Shown: positions 1 to 9,627, counted from the first letter of the stretch. The stretch is DNA of 64,000 nucleotides from Dehalococcoidales bacterium (GCA_034432135.1 DAOUCO010000116.1:2310-66309), one strand, 5' to 3'. Numbers and translations are program-made. Notes: generated by a model from the letters alone, not told the origin.

Positions 1-24
1 GGGGTGGGGTTGGGGAATAAAAAA

Positions 25-301
25 TGTCATTCCCGCGCAGGCGGGAATCCAGCGTCCAGACCCAGCCCATTATTTACTCTTATAGGGTCATTCCCGCCCC
101 GTATCGGGGTACGGGGTAAACTCCGGCGGGAATCCAGCGTTCGATTCGCAGGGCAGACTCGTCGCCGATGTGTCATTCCCGCGAAGGCGGGAATCCAGCG
201 GGTCCTATCACCGGCGCCAACATAACGGTTTAGTCATTCACGCGCAGGCTTGAGTCCAGCCCTCCCCTCCTCTGTCATTGCGAGCGCAGCGTGGCAATCT
301 C
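25..301. repeat. Cluster of five REP/MITE-like hairpin repeats with conserved GTCATT...AATC(C/T) ends
   Basis: Copies lie at 25-54, 87-139, 171-200, 233-260 and 274-301. An example is tGTCATTCCCGCgcagGCGGGAATCCagcg, with an 8-bp stem. Copy 87-139 has extra sequence in the loop. Track ORF 4..225 is only a translation of these repeats. Confidence 0.8.
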
Positions 302-469
302 ACTGATTACAGTAAAACATCATCCTTCCTTACAAAGTAGGGACAGGGGGGAGAATCTCCCTCACCCCCACTCAACTTAACATAACTCTATAAATTATTA
401 CCCCCCCTTTTAGCCTCCACTTACCATAACATTAAAAAATAATATAAATAGGTTTTTAAAGCCAATTTA

Positions 470-521
470 ACATAACTCTAAAAACGACTCGCTGAAGCTA
501 TTTAGCTTTGAGTCGTTTCCC
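470..521. repeat. 52-nt element, copy 1 of 2 (second copy at 61127-61178)
   Basis: acataactctaaaaacgactcgctgaagctatttagctttgagtcgtttccc matches 61127-61178 at 50 of 52 positions. It contains a long hairpin, AAACGACTC...GAGTCGTTT. Confidence 0.85.
477..518 (-). terminator. Putative intrinsic terminator of the 558..4805 gene
   Basis: Read on the minus strand, the hairpin at 482-518 is followed by a TTTTT run. It lies about 40 nt downstream of the stop at 558. Confidence 0.5.
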
Positions 522-557
522 AGAAAAAGGTAGGGTGGCGTAATTTAGACTTTTAGG

Positions 558-3500
558 TTATGGTTTTGAGCTTTGAGATTTGACTTTTAAGCTTCCCTTT
601 GCCATATGCTCCCGCGCCTGCTGGATGAAAGCCTCGAACCTGATGCTCTCCCCCGGGTCCTTCGTCCCCTCCACCACCACATTCAGCACGGGCAGACCGT
701 AGTCCTGCCGGAACTGGTGTAATAGCAGGCTCACGATTGTCCCCGGCATACACCCGAACGGTATGATGTTCACAATCCCGTCGAAGCCCTGCTCCGCGTA
801 CTCCACAACCCTCCCCATGCTTAAGATGGCTTCCCCCTCCACCGCCGGCGTCAGGTACTTGTGCCCCCGGTCGATTATCTTCTGCATCGGTAGCTCACGC
901 GTGAATAGCTCTATTGACTTATCAAACTGGCGGCGCAGCCTTTCGACGGTGCTTTCCATGACGATTTCGGTCAGCTTCTGTTTCGTCCAGTCCTTCCACC
1001 CTCCCTCGATGTGCAACCTATAGCGCCTTATCCTCTCATGGTCGATGTAGTCGAACCACTCCTCGATGGGCGGGACGCCCACCTGCGCCCCTAAAGCCTC
1101 CAGCTTCTGGACGAGATTATCGTTGGCGAAGCGGTTGCTCCTCACGAATATCTCCCCCACAATGCCCACCTTCGGTTTGCGTATACTCCTGTCTATCTTT
1201 ACTGCTTCGAAAGCCTCTCTTGCCTCTTTCGATAGTTGTTCCAGCACGCTTACAGGTTGTCCCACGTTCTTGATCAGCCTGTCGAGGTACTCCCTATATA
1301 CGGCATCAATCTCGCCTTTGTTCACCTCGTATGGACGCCTTTCCAGCACCATTTTCATCATCGAGTCGAGGATGATAAAGCCCTTCCAGGCGTTAAGGCG
1401 GAACCCTCTGCCCATCGATATCATGTCACGGTGGTAGCCTCCCGTCTGGTCGAAGACGAGCACCGGAACGTTATGCAGTCCCAGTTCATCAAGCACCAGT
1501 CGGTGGAGTCGGTTATACTGCCCGAAGCGGCATGGCCCACTCGCAGCCGGCATAAAGAAGGCGGAATTATCCGGGTCGAAGTCCGGCGCCATTGTCCTTT
1601 TAACAATATCCCCGGTGGTGATGATGCTCGGATAGCATTCCTTGCCCGTCGTGTATTTCCGCCCTATCTCCAGCGTAAGATTGTCAGATTCCGGCAGTGG
1701 CTGGGCGTTAACGCCGCCGTGGCGCATTGCCGCCGCCAGGATATAGCCGTGGTCTATCATGTAGGGGATATAAACGGTACGCTCGTTGGTGTGGTTGGAC
1801 GATATACTGATAAACGGGATGTGTTTGCTTATGCCTTGCGTTCTGGCATTTCGTATTGTATCGATAAAAGCCTCGCAGCGCGTAATGATACCGGCATCGG
1901 CGGAATGCTCGTCGATTTCTATCGTCAGGAAGGGTTTTCCTTCCGTTTCCTTGCTGAAAAACTTAAGCATGTAGGAATCAGGCCCGCAGTTAAAGTTCGT
2001 TACATACAGCCCGAACAGGCGTCGGTCATTGGCAATCATGCGGGCGGCACCCAGTATCTTTTGCCCCGCCTTCCAGTACATATTGGGGTGTGCTTGAGTG
2101 ATTTCACTGGAGAGCGACTTTAGCGGCAGGAAATCCAATGGTATAGCAAGCATGTTCATATCACGCAGTTTTTCCGGGATATTAAGTGTCATCGCCTCAT
2201 CATAGGTGTTATACGCCCTGCCTATGATTACGATGGCTTTTTCATCGGGCTTAAGTTGGGAGAGGATTTCCTGTCCCCGCTTTTGCTGCCACGCGTTGAA
2301 TTCGTCAAAGGCTTTAAATCCGGCATCAATCGCTTTTTCGATGAGTACAAGAGAGTTTATACCGGCTTTGCGCGCCGTTTTCCTTAAATTCTTTTTCAGC
2401 CACTCACGACCTCTATCCGGGTGAATGACCGGCCGCAATACTATCGGTCGTTTCCCATTCCCGGTATACAGGGCTTCTCTAATGCGCGTAGAACTAAGCA
2501 TGAGATAGGGCAGACTCTGGGTAAGCGGGCAATTCCATGACTTTTTAAAGTCAGCGGACAATTTTTCCATGGTGCACTGCACTGGCAGGAAGATAAAGTC
2601 CGGCTTCTTTTCCAGGAGATTGAGCATGTGCCCGTGCGCCATTTTTATGGGCAGGCATGGCTCTTCTACGATGTTTTCAACTCCCTGGCGGATGATATGA
2701 CGATTAGTGGAGTCAGAGAGGATTACCTGGAAGCCGAGCTCGGTGAAAAAGCCTTTCCAGAGTGGGTAAAGCTCGTGGAAGAATAATACCCTGGGAATGC
2801 CTATGGCCTTGCCGTTGGGTTTATCTGGTTTGTCTTTAGGATAAGCATTCAATAGAGCTTTGGCACGCTCTTCGAATAGACGCGGTATTTTAGAGGATAG
2901 GCGCTTTTCCTTTTTCTCGGGACTGTCCCATTTGCCACAGCGCGAGCCGTAAAAAAGCGGTTTCTCACCTTCAAAGACGACCTTGTGGATTTCACACCGG
3001 TTGGAGCAGCTCTCGCATTCAAACGAGGAAAGCTCGTATTTCCGGCTGACAAGGTCGAAACCTCGGAAGCAGGTCTTCCTGCCGCTGGTTTCCATTTCCT
3101 CTTTAGCTAGCATAGCGACGCCGATAGCGCCGAGGATATCATGCTGGGGTGGTACAGTGACTTTTTTGCCCAGAACAGCCTCGAAGGCGGCTTTAACGGC
3201 GCGATTAAAGGCTGTGCCGCCCTGGAACAAGATATGGTCGCCGATTTTACGGTCTTCAACGACCTTGGTCAAGTAGTTCTTAACGACAGAGTAAGCTAGC
3301 CCACCCACCAGGTCTTCTTTGGCGGCGCCTCGCTGCTTACAGTAGTTCTGCTGGCTCTCCATGAAGACGGTGCAGCGCTCACCCAGGTCCAGCGGATTCT
3401 TTGACGCCAGCCCCAGCTTCCCGAACTCCTCGTTGATATTGATGCCCAGCTTTTCCGCTTGCTCTTCTAGGAAGGAACCAGTGCCGGCGGCGCAGACCTT

Positions 3501-4805
3501 GTTCATCGCAAAGTCGATAATCGTACCGTTTTGCAGACTGATATATTTGGCGTCCTGCCCGCCGATTTCAAAGATAGTATCGACTTCCGGGCAAACGAAG
3601 GAAGCGGCTTTGGCATGGCTGGTGATTTCATTATGAATAACGTCCGCCCCGAAAAACTCGCCGGTCATATACCGACCGGAGCCGGTGGAACCTGTCCCTT
3701 TAATAATTACTTTGTCTCCTAGTTCCTTGCCGACTTCCAGTAAACCCTGCTTGACGGCTTCGATGGGACGGCTAGCAGTCATCAGGTAGCGCCGTGCCAG
3801 CACTCGGTTTTCTCTGTCTATCACGACGACATTAGTGCTGATAGAGCCTATATCCACGCCGATATAGGCTTCGACGGGTCTTTTTGAGTCTAGCTTTACC
3901 GATTCTATTTCAATCGGATAGTTATCGCCCTGCAAAGGGGGAAGCGTGACAAACTCATATTTACGAGCGGAGATGTAGTCTTTTAAGCGCTGGATGGTGT
4001 TATCGGGCAGGGCGCACTCTCGACCTACAAGGGCGGCTCCCACCGCGCCGAGAACGGCAAAATTTACGGGGATAATCAGGTCGGTTTCCTTAAGTTCAAG
4101 TACTTCCAGCAGGGCGCGCCGGATGCCTTTATTAGCTGCTACGCCTCCCTGAAAGGCAATAGGCTTGCCGAGGTCGCGGCCGCGGATGACCTGTCCTTTA
4201 AAGTTGCGTATCATCGCAAAGCACAGTCCGGCGACGATATCATAGACCGGTGTTCCCACCTGTTGCAGGTGAATCATATCGCTTTTAGCGAAGACGCTGC
4301 AGCGGCCGGCTACACGGGGAGGGTGTTCGGACTTTAAAGCAACATCACCGAACTGCTCGATAGGAATGCCCATGCGTGAAGCCTGCTGGTCGAGGAAAGA
4401 GCCAGTGCCGGCAGCACAAACGCCGTTGATGGCAAAGTCGTTTACCTTGGGCAGTTTTTCTCCAGGCTCTTTTTGTAATACGATGAGCTTGGAGTCCTCG
4501 CCGCCTATCTCCAGGATTGTTTGTACTTCCGGATGGAAGCAGGCGGTACCGGCCGCCTGTGCCGTAATTTCATTAACGAAAGGTATATTCAGCAAAGACG
4601 CTATGAGCTGACCGCCCGTGCCAGTTGTTGCCGCCGCTTTAAACTGCTCGGGCGGGAATTTTGCCAGTAAATCTATCAGAATGGACAGGACAGTCTCAAT
4701 GGGCTGTCCCTTTGTGCGAATATATTTCCATTCGACAATATTATTATCATTATCTAGGATAACTGCTTTAGCCGTTACCGAGCCGATATCGATACCCAGT
4801 CTCAT
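558..4805 (-). CDS. Acyl-CoA dehydratase activase-related fusion protein (two BadF/BadG/BcrA/BcrD ATPase domains plus a dehydratase-component-like C-terminal region)
   Basis: The ORF is 1415 aa. It has duplicated acetate/sugar-kinase-fold ATPase modules (GIDIGS.. and GVDIGSIST.., each followed by CAAGTGSFL). A Cys cluster CESCSNRCEIH...SRCGKWD follows, then a long HgdB/DUF2229-like tail. Confidence 0.8.
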   Translation of the reverse strand: MRLGIDIGSVTAKAVILDNDNNIVEWKYIRTKGQPIETVLSILIDLLAKFPPEQFKAAATTGTGGQLIASLLNIPFVNEITAQAAGTACFHPEVQTILEIGGEDSKLIVLQKEPGEKLPKVNDFAINGVCAAGTGSFLDQQASRMGIPIEQFGDVALKSEHPPRVAGRCSVFAKSDMIHLQQVGTPVYDIVAGLCFAMIRNFKGQVIRGRDLGKPIAFQGGVAANKGIRRALLEVLELKETDLIIPVNFAVLGAVGAALVGRECALPDNTIQRLKDYISARKYEFVTLPPLQGDNYPIEIESVKLDSKRPVEAYIGVDIGSISTNVVVIDRENRVLARRYLMTASRPIEAVKQGLLEVGKELGDKVIIKGTGSTGSGRYMTGEFFGADVIHNEITSHAKAASFVCPEVDTIFEIGGQDAKYISLQNGTIIDFAMNKVCAAGTGSFLEEQAEKLGININEEFGKLGLASKNPLDLGERCTVFMESQQNYCKQRGAAKEDLVGGLAYSVVKNYLTKVVEDRKIGDHILFQGGTAFNRAVKAAFEAVLGKKVTVPPQHDILGAIGVAMLAKEEMETSGRKTCFRGFDLVSRKYELSSFECESCSNRCEIHKVVFEGEKPLFYGSRCGKWDSPEKKEKRLSSKIPRLFEERAKALLNAYPKDKPDKPNGKAIGIPRVLFFHELYPLWKGFFTELGFQVILSDSTNRHIIRQGVENIVEEPCLPIKMAHGHMLNLLEKKPDFIFLPVQCTMEKLSADFKKSWNCPLTQSLPYLMLSSTRIREALYTGNGKRPIVLRPVIHPDRGREWLKKNLRKTARKAGINSLVLIEKAIDAGFKAFDEFNAWQQKRGQEILSQLKPDEKAIVIIGRAYNTYDEAMTLNIPEKLRDMNMLAIPLDFLPLKSLSSEITQAHPNMYWKAGQKILGAARMIANDRRLFGLYVTNFNCGPDSYMLKFFSKETEGKPFLTIEIDEHSADAGIITRCEAFIDTIRNARTQGISKHIPFISISSNHTNERTVYIPYMIDHGYILAAAMRHGGVNAQPLPESDNLTLEIGRKYTTGKECYPSIITTGDIVKRTMAPDFDPDNSAFFMPAASGPCRFGQYNRLHRLVLDELGLHNVPVLVFDQTGGYHRDMISMGRGFRLNAWKGFIILDSMMKMVLERRPYEVNKGEIDAVYREYLDRLIKNVGQPVSVLEQLSKEAREAFEAVKIDRSIRKPKVGIVGEIFVRSNRFANDNLVQKLEALGAQVGVPPIEEWFDYIDHERIRRYRLHIEGGWKDWTKQKLTEIVMESTVERLRRQFDKSIELFTRELPMQKIIDRGHKYLTPAVEGEAILSMGRVVEYAEQGFDGIVNIIPFGCMPGTIVSLLLHQFRQDYGLPVLNVVVEGTKDPGESIRFEAFIQQAREHMAKGSLKVKSQSSKP

Positions 4806-5107
4806 TTAAAATTAACCTGTTGTTATTTCAATTAGTGATATTTACACTGATATATATTATAACCTTGTGAAATTTGTGTGTAAACAGGAATTACATCTGG
4901 GAGATGAGGGGGAAGCCGTAATGCCCCCTTACCAGCTTCCCCCACATTTTAGGGAGGAGGGGGAAAATGTCTTGCAGGTTTGAATCCTGCTTTCAAAATT
5001 CTAAGCCTCTCTACTCATACAAATATCGTACAAAATACCTAATATTTAATAATTGAATAGGGAAATCAGACATTAGAAATTGATATATATTTGAATAAAG
5101 AATAATG

Positions 5108-5497
5108 TTAATGTAGCGAGAAATACAGGTCCAATAATATACTTAAAGTCCTGACTGAGTTCACCAGTTTTGCCATTTCAGTCTTAGAGCTAGTCAACGC
5201 ATTAAGTTGCTTTTCAAGGTCGTCCACAAGAGAGGTTATAAGTTTCCGTAAATCTTCAGTACCTGGTTTGTTTTTTAAAGAGGCTACTTTCTGGATTATC
5301 TCAGGTTTAGCCACCGACTTGAGTTGAGTGAGAGCCATGGAAAGATTTAGTTCCTGCAACCCCTGAAGAACGCCCTTTACCTTTCTCCCCTGTTCCTGCC
5401 TCTGGCGTTCCTGTCTTTCGTTGTCTTCTTTTTGCTTGGTGAATTTGCGGGAGAGAGCTAGCAGTTCTTCTAGTCCACTTTCTTCTTCTTTTGGCAT
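5108..5497 (-). CDS. Hypothetical coiled-coil protein
   Basis: 129-aa ORF rich in charged, heptad-like sequence. No motif recognised. Confidence 0.45.
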   Translation of the reverse strand: MPKEEESGLEELLALSRKFTKQKEDNERQERQRQEQGRKVKGVLQGLQELNLSMALTQLKSVAKPEIIQKVASLKNKPGTEDLRKLITSLVDDLEKQLNALTSSKTEMAKLVNSVRTLSILLDLYFSLH

Positions 5498-5512
5498 AGT
5501 ACCTCAATAATA

Positions 5513-5586
5513 TGGCTGGGGAGGAAGGAGTTGAACCTTCGCATACGGATCCAGAGTCCGCTGTCCTACCACTAGACGACTCCCCA
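5513..5586 (-). tRNA. tRNA-Gln (anticodon CTG)
   Basis: The reverse complement reads TGGGGAGTCGTCTAGTGGTAGGACAGCGGACTCTGGATCCGTATGCGAAGGTTCAACTCCTTCCTCCCCAGCCA. It folds as a cloverleaf with anticodon loop CTCTGGA and an encoded CCA. Confidence 0.9.
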
Positions 5587-5693
5587 GCGATACGTAAATT
5601 ATAGCATGAAGTATCATTTGGGACAATAATTACAATTACTATTGACACTATGCCAGCAACGGTCTATTGTTATTATAAAAATGGAGTATTCAC

Positions 5694-6395
5694 GTGCCTG
5701 ATATTAAAGCATTGCAGAAAAGCCTAGGCGTTTCTTTCCACCGGCCCGCTTTACTGGAACAGGCACTAGTGCATAGTTCCTATATCAATGAAAACCCTAC
5801 GTTCACTATGAGCCATAACGAAAGGCTGGAGTTTCTTGGAGACGCTGTCCTTGATTTCATCGTTGCGGATAAGCTTTACCTCGAATTTCCATACCTAAGT
5901 GAAGGTGAAATGACAAAGCTACGTGCTATTCTGGTACGGCGTGACACCTTAGCCAATATTGCCAGGTCTATCAAACTGGGCGATTTTCTCTATATGGGGA
6001 AGGGAGAAGACGCCAGCGGCGGACGTAATAAGACTCCTAACTTGGCTGGAGCGTTGGAAGCTGTTATTGCCGCGGTTTATATTGACCTAGGCATAATCAC
6101 GGTAGCAAAAATGGTCGACGGACTGCTGGCTGAAGAGTGGCAAAAGTTGACCAGCCGCGCCGCCGATGTCGACTATAAATCCAAATTACAAGAATTAACG
6201 CAATCGCGCTTCCGGTCGACGCCAGTTTATCGGCTAGTATCTGAATCTGGCCCCGACCACAGTAAAATTTTTAAGGTGGAAGTAATTATAAATAAAAAGG
6301 TGTTTGGTACCGCTACCGGCAAGAGCAAGAAGCTGGCAGAAACCGAGGCTGCCCGTCTGGCGCTACAGCAGATATCCGACGACTTTACGGAGTAA
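5694..6395 (+). CDS. rnc: Ribonuclease III
   Basis: Has the RNase III signature NERLEFLGDAVL and a C-terminal dsRBD. GTG start with GGAG 7 nt upstream. Confidence 0.9.
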   Translation: MPDIKALQKSLGVSFHRPALLEQALVHSSYINENPTFTMSHNERLEFLGDAVLDFIVADKLYLEFPYLSEGEMTKLRAILVRRDTLANIARSIKLGDFLYMGKGEDASGGRNKTPNLAGALEAVIAAVYIDLGIITVAKMVDGLLAEEWQKLTSRAADVDYKSKLQELTQSRFRSTPVYRLVSESGPDHSKIFKVEVIINKKVFGTATGKSKKLAETEAARLALQQISDDFTE

Positions 6396-6451
6396 ATACT
6401 ATCTGGTAAACTGCTTTATGAATGCCTAAAATACCTTAGAGAGGTGATAAT

Positions 6452-6601
6452 ATGGGTAGGCAAGGAGATTACGCCCGCAAGGAAAAGAAAAAGGCCAAGA
6501 AGAACTTTAAAAAAGTCTCCCCGGTTGTTATTACACAAGCACCGGTAGAGGTTGAGGTGATCAAAAAAGGCAAGAAGAAGCACGAAGAGGAGGAGTGGTA
6601 G
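6452..6601 (+). CDS. Small lysine-rich protein (49 aa), hypothetical
   Basis: ATG is preceded by GAGAGGTGA. Sequence is MGRQGDYARKEKKKAKKNFKKVSPVVITQAPVEVEVIKKGKKKHEEEEW. It is too short for the ORF track. Confidence 0.4.
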   Translation: MGRQGDYARKEKKKAKKNFKKVSPVVITQAPVEVEVIKKGKKKHEEEEW

Positions 6602-6644
6602 TCAAGCCTCGTTAGGCTTTAACCTGTTAGGGGGGAGGGCGCCC

Positions 6645-6926
6645 ATGGCTGAAATGGCATCGCTTCAGGCGATTGTTCAAGGTCGTGTACAGGGCGTTTT
6701 TTTTCGGGCCTATGTCGAAGAATTAGCAAAAAGGCTGAATCTAACAGGATACGTACGTAATCGACCCGGTAGTTCGGTGGAAGTGATTGCCGAAGGCGAA
6801 AAGCCGAAGCTGGAAAAACTGGTTGAATATCTTAAAATCGGCCCACCGGCTGCCAGAGTGATGGAAGTTAATACCACGTGGGGGGAATATAGCGGCGGCT
6901 TTTCAAGCTTTTGTGTTAGGTATTGA
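6645..6926 (+). CDS. acyP: Acylphosphatase
   Basis: Has the VQGRVQGVFFR and GYVRN motifs at the typical size of 93 aa. Confidence 0.85.
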   Translation: MAEMASLQAIVQGRVQGVFFRAYVEELAKRLNLTGYVRNRPGSSVEVIAEGEKPKLEKLVEYLKIGPPAARVMEVNTTWGEYSGGFSSFCVRY

Positions 6927-6953
6927 CCTGTTGGATGTTGGACTGTTGATAAA

Positions 6954-7685
6954 CTAAGTCTGAAGTTCAACCTTAGCTGATTTGATCAAGTCGAGATACC
7001 CGACCTTTAATCCTAGTGTCTCGGCGACCTCGCGGTCGGCATCATATGGCTCCCCGATAAATATCTTGTCATAGTCCTCCACTTCGCCCTCGTTAGGCTC
7101 TTCTTTAACGGCGAATTTTTGCCTCGCCTCGACAATACCCAGGTCAAAGGGGAGGGTAAAATAGAGGTCGGCTAATACCTTATCTATCCCCAGACTGTAC
7201 AGACTTTCCCAACCACCTAAAGTCTCACCGCGGTACTTGCTGCTGGGCAACAGTGACAGCAGGTTAGGGATGGTAAAGCTCCCTGAACCATTATAGGTCT
7301 TTAACGGCGCTACGGTTATCAGGTAATCGCTGGATAAAATCACGTTAGGCACCCAGAAAGTCGGCACCGCAAAAGGCTTGGGCAGTGGATTGTCCACTTC
7401 TACAAAGATGCAATCCTTAACGTCAAGTGTCAATACCCTCGGGAAGTTATAGCCCAGCGCCTGGTAGATAGGCCTAGTTGGTATCCCATCTGGGGTGCCT
7501 TCCAATAAGATGATATCAGCGTCGCTGACTCTCCTGATACTGGAGATAATGGCTGCTAGCATCTCGGCACTGGTAGAAACCGGGTAGGGCAGCGGATAGG
7601 ACGCGGTCGGCTTTATAAGGACGCGCCGCGCTCTAGCTACCACCGAGGGTACTTTAAATACAAAATCTGAGGTATCGAATATCAA
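6954..7685 (-). CDS. DUF362-like domain protein
   Basis: The pattern RRVLIKPTASYP...STSAEMLAAIISSIRR...IILLEG resembles DUF362. Its stop overlaps the upstream mobB gene. Confidence 0.5.
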   Translation of the reverse strand: MIFDTSDFVFKVPSVVARARRVLIKPTASYPLPYPVSTSAEMLAAIISSIRRVSDADIILLEGTPDGIPTRPIYQALGYNFPRVLTLDVKDCIFVEVDNPLPKPFAVPTFWVPNVILSSDYLITVAPLKTYNGSGSFTIPNLLSLLPSSKYRGETLGGWESLYSLGIDKVLADLYFTLPFDLGIVEARQKFAVKEEPNEGEVEDYDKIFIGEPYDADREVAETLGLKVGYLDLIKSAKVELQT

Positions 7686-8332
7686 TGCTTCCTCCTCAAG
7701 GAGATATGTAGGTTTTTAACTTCGCCGTTGTTCTGGGCCGAGGGTATCATTGCGGTAAGAGTACGTGTCAGCAGGTCTTTCAGATATGGGCTTACCGGTA
7801 TGGATTTACCATCGATAACGATTTCTAGGTCGTTGGAGTTATTATGAGAAATTGCCGTTTTTTCGATTATATCAGCTATACCGGTGATGTCGTCATGGGA
7901 AAATTGCGGCACACCCACATCCATCGGCTTATCGGTTACTATAGCCAGTAAAAGCTTGGGGTCAGTCAGTAATTGCGCCCCCTGTTCATTGCGGTGAACT
8001 TCTATCTTAGGGTAGTTGCTGCTTTTAAATCCTTCTGTTAAAAGAATATCAAAGTCCCACAGTACGAAATTGGAAATATCCTGCGGGTCGAAATAACTAT
8101 CCATGCGCCGGTAAATCGCCAGGTGGTCCAGAGAATTGATGGCGGATAGCTCGCTGCCTGCCTTGGTAAAGCGCCAGGTATCCTTGGCGGCAGTATCTAG
8201 GTCATCTTTATGGTGTGAATGCTTGACGATGGCTACCTTATAGCCCCGCTTTTTAAGCTCGGCGATGAGTTTTTCCAGCAAGGTTGTCTTACCAGAATCT
8301 GATTTGCCTACGATAGATATTATCGACCGCAT
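7682..8332 (-). CDS. mobB: Molybdopterin-guanine dinucleotide biosynthesis adapter MobB (with extra C-terminal domain)
   Basis: P-loop IVGKSDSGKTTLLEKLI followed by VAIVKHSHH. Sits next to moeA and mobA. Confidence 0.8.
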   Translation of the reverse strand: MRSIISIVGKSDSGKTTLLEKLIAELKKRGYKVAIVKHSHHKDDLDTAAKDTWRFTKAGSELSAINSLDHLAIYRRMDSYFDPQDISNFVLWDFDILLTEGFKSSNYPKIEVHRNEQGAQLLTDPKLLLAIVTDKPMDVGVPQFSHDDITGIADIIEKTAISHNNSNDLEIVIDGKSIPVSPYLKDLLTRTLTAMIPSAQNNGEVKNLHISLRRKH

Positions 8333-8344
8333 ATTGTTTTTCCG

Positions 8345-9625
8345 CTAAATATTTACTTCTTCGTTCCAGTCCAGCATTAGTACCTGAACAGTATCGCCTT
8401 TGTTCACCAGCTTTTTTTCCTCGGGTATAAGTACCAGCCCGTTAGCCAGGCTCATAGAAGTAAGTATTCCCGAACCCTGCGGGCCGGTCAGCCTGGCATA
8501 GTAATGACCATTGCGTTTTTCGATAATGGCACGGTCGTAAATACGCCGGCCGTCCTCATTTTTAATTGTGTTCTCGATAATCGCCTGGACGGTGGGTTTT
8601 GCCAGATTCTTTTTCCCCATCATTTTTAATAACGCAGGCCGCACGAAAAGCTCGAAGCTGACCATGCAGCTGGCGGCATTGCCGGGCAGTCCAAGATGAG
8701 GTATGCTTTTTGCCTTGCCGTTTTTATCCTTACCCTGTATCTTCCCAAAGGCTAAAGGTTTCCCCGGCTTTACCCGCACTTTCCAAAAAACCATCTCGCC
8801 GTCCCTGGCGATAATATCTTTCACCATATCGTAATCGCCCATAGAAACCCCACCGGTCGTCAGCAGCATGTCCGCATCCTGCGCCTGTTTCAGCTTCTTT
8901 ACCAGTTCTTTTTCGTTGTCGCGGGCTATCCCCAGCATTTTAGGAATGCCTCCGTAGCGCATGACAAGGCCGGCTATACTATAGGCATTGCTATCATATA
9001 TCTTGCCCTTTGGCAGGGGCTTATCGATTTCTATTAACTCATCCCCTGTGGAAAGAACCGCAACCACCGGACGGCGGATGACTTTAACCCGACTTTTTCC
9101 AACAGAAGCTATCATACCTATCTCCGCCGGTCTGATAACTGTATCTTTTTTCAATACTATTTTGCCTTTAGCAATATTTTCTCCAGCCAGCCTGATGTTT
9201 TGACCGGACCTGGTTTCCGCAAAGACACTTACCTGTTCCTGCGGACAATTAGACGAAGCATCTTTGTTCTTTACATCGTCGGTATCCTCAAACTGCACAA
9301 CGCTGTCAGCTCCATAAGGTATCGGCGCGCCAGTCATGATGCGGATAGCTGTTCCCGGGCCTAATTCTTTTTGAGAAATCCCGCCGGCCAGTACCGTATC
9401 AATTACCTTGAGGATTCTAGGAGTTTTTTCAGTGGCGCCTCTGGTGTCCTCCGACCGCACGGCATAGCCGTCCATAGCTGAATTATTCAGAGGTGGCACA
9501 TCGATATCGGAAACAATGTCCTCGGCAAGTACTTGCCCCAACGATTCCATTATGGGGATTGTCTCTGTCTCCAGTATGTTTACTTCGGCGAGTATTTTTT
9601 GCAGCGCCTCTTCGACACTTAGCAT
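8345..9625 (-). CDS. moeA: Molybdopterin molybdenumtransferase MoeA
   Basis: 426 aa with a MoeA-type N-terminus (PLNNSAMDGYAV), STGDEL and TTGGVSMGDYD motifs. Confidence 0.9.
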   Translation of the reverse strand: MLSVEEALQKILAEVNILETETIPIMESLGQVLAEDIVSDIDVPPLNNSAMDGYAVRSEDTRGATEKTPRILKVIDTVLAGGISQKELGPGTAIRIMTGAPIPYGADSVVQFEDTDDVKNKDASSNCPQEQVSVFAETRSGQNIRLAGENIAKGKIVLKKDTVIRPAEIGMIASVGKSRVKVIRRPVVAVLSTGDELIEIDKPLPKGKIYDSNAYSIAGLVMRYGGIPKMLGIARDNEKELVKKLKQAQDADMLLTTGGVSMGDYDMVKDIIARDGEMVFWKVRVKPGKPLAFGKIQGKDKNGKAKSIPHLGLPGNAASCMVSFELFVRPALLKMMGKKNLAKPTVQAIIENTIKNEDGRRIYDRAIIEKRNGHYYARLTGPQGSGILTSMSLANGLVLIPEEKKLVNKGDTVQVLMLDWNEEVNI

Positions 9626-9627
9626 TA

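Noticed and set aside
1-15. G-run ggggtggggttgggg as a G-quadruplex
   Set aside because: Only three G-tracts are visible and the feature is cut by the window edge, so it cannot be evaluated.
4-225. Track ORF of 73 aa (…CHSRAGGNPAS…VIPAKAGIQRV…)
   Set aside because: It is entirely a translation of the hairpin repeats at 25-200. It has no start context and its sequence is repeat-driven.
25-301. Possible CRISPR array, given the clustered repeats
   Set aside because: The repeats are palindromic hairpins of unequal length and sequence, with irregular spacing of 20-33 nt. No uniform repeat-spacer periodicity or cas genes are present.
1236-2123. Long antisense ORFs opposite real genes. Examples are 1236..2123, 11534..12085, 29767..30273, 31080..31526, 39347..40111, 43764..44297 and 49219..49875.
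   Set aside because: Each lies fully inside a well-supported gene on the other strand. Each has low-complexity or Arg/Ser/Pro-rich composition and no motifs, so these are shadow ORFs.
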